This document shows, in pieces, positions 61,652-64,000 of a DNA stretch of 64,000 nt. Source of the stretch: an uncultured delta proteobacterium. GTDB taxonomy: Bacteria; Myxococcota_A; UBA9160; UBA4427. The DNA is taken from the NCBI GenBank assembly GCA_963822965.1, contig CAWGJT010000010.1:736001-800000 (forward strand). Reading direction: 5' to 3'. The notes beneath the pieces were generated by a model. The model had not been told where the DNA came from. It saw only the letters and a program-made list of their open reading frames with translations, and searched no databases. The translations under genes were made by a program, and so were the position numbers. Numbering within the stretch: position 1 is the first letter of the stretch; every line of letters begins with the position of its first letter.

Positions 61652-63640
61652 GTGGATCGTCTCCCCGCCCGCAGCCCTTCGCGCCCCCCGCCGACCTGTT
61701 GCCGCGCCCTCTCGGTGCTCGTGATCCTCGGCGCGATGCTCGTCGTGGCCTCGGCGTGCGGTGAGCCCGCCGGACCGCGCGAGGCCCCGGACGCAGAGGC
61801 CCGATCGTCGCTTCCCATGTCGCGCCCGCTCGTGCGGTTCCGTCCCGAGCCGGGGGTACGCCCGGGCGAGGGCGTGCAGATGCGGTGGCTCGGCATCGGC
61901 GGGGAGCCCCTGCGCGCGTTCGTCTGCGAGCGCGACTGCTCCGTGTCCATCGACGGCGGGCACCCGCCGCAAGGCGATCTGCAGGCGCGAGCCGCGGTGC
62001 TCCCGGGACCGGCGCACGAGGCCGTATCGTTCGCGGTGGTACGCGAGGGGCCCGGACCGGACGGCGCCGGGTCGATCCTGTGGGCGGCGTCGCTGCAGGC
62101 CGGGGAGACGCGCACCCTGCGCGTGCCATTCCCCGCTTCCCGCGGCTCGACCCTGCGGCTCGTGGCTCGTGTGCCCGGAGGTCCTTCGCTGCGAGCGGCT
62201 TGGCTCGAGCCCCGGGTGGTGGGGACGCGTCCGGCCCCGCCCGCCGCACCGGGAGCTCCGAACATCGTGCTCGTCACCTCGGACACCACGCGACGGGATG
62301 CGATCGGATGCTACGGCGGCACCACCGCGACGCCCGAGATCGACCGGCTCGCAAAGGAGGGGGTGCTCTTCGAGAACGCGCACTCGGTGGCCTTCGGCAC
62401 CAACCCCTCCCACGCCTCGCTGATGACCTCGACCCACGCAGCCCGTCACGGCGTGACCGACAATCGCGTGGTGCTGGGTCCCGACCTGCCGGTGCTCGCC
62501 GAGGTCCTGGCCGACGGCGGCTACGCAACGGTCGCCTTCGTGAGCGCGGTGGTCCTGACTCGCGCCGCCGGTCTGGCACGAGGCTTCGACCTGTACGACG
62601 ACAGCTTCGGGCTCGAGCGCCCGGGGGATCGCACCGTCTCGCTCTTCACGCGCTGGCTGCGCGAGGAGGCGCGCCCCCCGTTCTTCGCCTGGATCCACCT
62701 CTACGACCCGCACCAGCCCTACGCGCCCCCGGGCGGCCGCGAGCGGCCCTATCTCCCCGCCAGCGTCGACGGCGAGACGGTGGCCCGCGTCGACTCGCTG
62801 ATCGCTCGTGCGGACACCCGGGGCCGTCCGGGCTTCATCGATCCCGTCCGCATCGAGGAGCTGGCGCCGGACGCGCTCGGCGACGTCGACCGGGTGGCGC
62901 GCGCCCGCTACCAGGGCGAGGTCGCCTTCGTCGACGAGCAGATCGGGCGCCTCCGCGCCGCCCTCGCCGAGCGCGGGCTGCTGGACCGGACGATCTTCGT
63001 CTTCGCCGCCGACCACGGGGAGAACTTCCTCGATCGCGGCGTCGTCGTGGCCTTCGACCACGCCGGGCTCCACCGCGACGTGACGCAGATTCCCCTGATC
63101 CTGCGCCTGCCGGGCGGGCCGTTCCTGGGGCGCAGCGCGAGCCTGGTCTCGAACCTGGACGTCGCGCCGACCCTGGTCGCGCTGGCGGGTCTGTCCGCGC
63201 CCGCGGAATGGACCGGCGCGCCCCTCGTCTCCGCCGCAGGAGAGCTGCTGGATCCGGCGCATGGTCACCTGGTTCTCGAAGGCGCACACCGCCGCGAGAC
63301 CGCGGTGCGGACGAGCGAGTGGCTCTATCGGGCCTTGCGTGCGCCGGTCCGCGACTCGGCGCACGTGCAGGCGCTACAGGGCTACGCGCCGGGTCGTCCG
63401 GTCGAGCTCTACTCGCTAGCGACGGATCCCGACGAACGGCGCGGCGTGTATCCCGGGGACGGGGACGCGGGCGGGCCGGTGCTCGCGTCGCTCCAGGGGA
63501 TCGTGGCGGCGTTCGCCGCGAGCACGGGCTCGGCGCCGGTGGCGGCCGAGCTGGACGCCGCCCACGTCCGGGCGCTCGAAGCGCTCGGCTACGGGGAAGC
63601 CCCGGGTGCAGGCGAGGGCGGCGCAAGAGATCTCCCGTGA
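61652..63640 (+). CDS. Sulfatase/alkaline-phosphatase superfamily protein, possible lipoprotein
   Basis: VVASAC lipobox-like; PNIVLVTSDT, TNPSHASLMT, HLYDPHQPY, ADHGE, LEALGY. Confidence 0.85.
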   Translation: MDRLPARSPSRPPPTCCRALSVLVILGAMLVVASACGEPAGPREAPDAEARSSLPMSRPLVRFRPEPGVRPGEGVQMRWLGIGGEPLRAFVCERDCSVSIDGGHPPQGDLQARAAVLPGPAHEAVSFAVVREGPGPDGAGSILWAASLQAGETRTLRVPFPASRGSTLRLVARVPGGPSLRAAWLEPRVVGTRPAPPAAPGAPNIVLVTSDTTRRDAIGCYGGTTATPEIDRLAKEGVLFENAHSVAFGTNPSHASLMTSTHAARHGVTDNRVVLGPDLPVLAEVLADGGYATVAFVSAVVLTRAAGLARGFDLYDDSFGLERPGDRTVSLFTRWLREEARPPFFAWIHLYDPHQPYAPPGGRERPYLPASVDGETVARVDSLIARADTRGRPGFIDPVRIEELAPDALGDVDRVARARYQGEVAFVDEQIGRLRAALAERGLLDRTIFVFAADHGENFLDRGVVVAFDHAGLHRDVTQIPLILRLPGGPFLGRSASLVSNLDVAPTLVALAGLSAPAEWTGAPLVSAAGELLDPAHGHLVLEGAHRRETAVRTSEWLYRALRAPVRDSAHVQALQGYAPGRPVELYSLATDPDERRGVYPGDGDAGGPVLASLQGIVAAFAASTGSAPVAAELDAAHVRALEALGYGEAPGAGEGGARDLP

Positions 63641-63730
63641 TCCTTCCGCGCGGAGGTCCGAGCGGGATCGGCTCCGGGGGCGTGGCTCCCGAGCTCCGGG
63701 TGGGTCGCCGCGCCGTTTCGCGCGCGCCGC

Positions 63731-64000
63731 TCAGCCCGCCGTCGCGGTCTCCCGCAGGCGGGTGCGGAAGAGGCCGAGCACGCGGTCCAGGGCCTCGCGC
63801 GTCGGATGCCCCGCCTCGTCGACGAGCTCGGTAGTCACCACCGAGTGCGCGCTGCGCGGGAGCCCGTAGGGGTTGCCCGGGCTGGAATCGATCTCGACCG
63901 ACTCGAAGCCGTCACCGAGCTCGCGCCGCAGGCGAGCGAAGCGCTCCTCGGGCACCAGCGGGTCGCTGGTGAAGCGCAGGCCGAGCACGCCGCAGCCCCC
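63731..64000 (-). CDS. Dienelactone hydrolase-like alpha/beta hydrolase, C-terminal part
   Basis: LGLRFTSDPLVP...AHSVVT; truncated by the window end. Confidence 0.6.
   Translation of the reverse strand, partial: GGCGVLGLRFTSDPLVPEERFARLRRELGDGFESVEIDSSPGNPYGLPRSAHSVVTTELVDEAGHPTREALDRVLGLFRTRLRETATAG

Noticed and set aside
62024..62030. Additional GTATCGT half-site
   Set aside because: Inside a coding region and lacks the partner half-site

Overview
Very GC-rich bacterial DNA. A PEP-CTERM protein, an AlgI-type MBOAT and a lipid-A-type acyltransferase point to a Gram-negative host; a Myxococcota/deltaproteobacterial-type organism is my inference. About half of the window is an essentially complete steroid C/D-ring (HIP) catabolic gene set in two blocks. 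Block 1 (5.9-13.3 kb) has an acyl-CoA ligase, P450, TetR, fadD3, fadE30 and ipdF. Block 2 (25.5-38.7 kb) has ipdAB, ipdC, echA20, fadE31/32, DUF35 + ltp, fadA6, SDRs, fadE33 and MaoC. A shared 19-bp imperfect palindrome (wCGnnwC-N5-GTATCGT) lies at three promoters of these blocks, suggesting a regulon run by the local TetR. Between the blocks is a ~12-kb accessory segment holding the best candidate for an undescribed system: a ketosynthase-free operon of two SAM-fold enzymes, an adenylating ligase, a chorismate-lyase-like protein, a flavin-dependent halogenase, an ACP and a lipid-A-type acyltransferase. Its logic suggests a halogenated hydroxybenzoyl group transferred onto an envelope lipid or glycan. 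Next to it is a lipoprotein-signal RHS toxin with a small immunity-like ORF. The right third encodes envelope, signalling and housekeeping proteins (MBOAT/SGNH, TesB, NTT-HEAT-cNMP protein, 7TM-PAS kinase, HelD-like helicase, LMF, sulfatase-fold protein). Many genes carry single-base frameshifts in patches, most consistent with long-read consensus errors. All calls come from reading motifs by eye; no database search was run, and ends of frameshifted genes are approximate.
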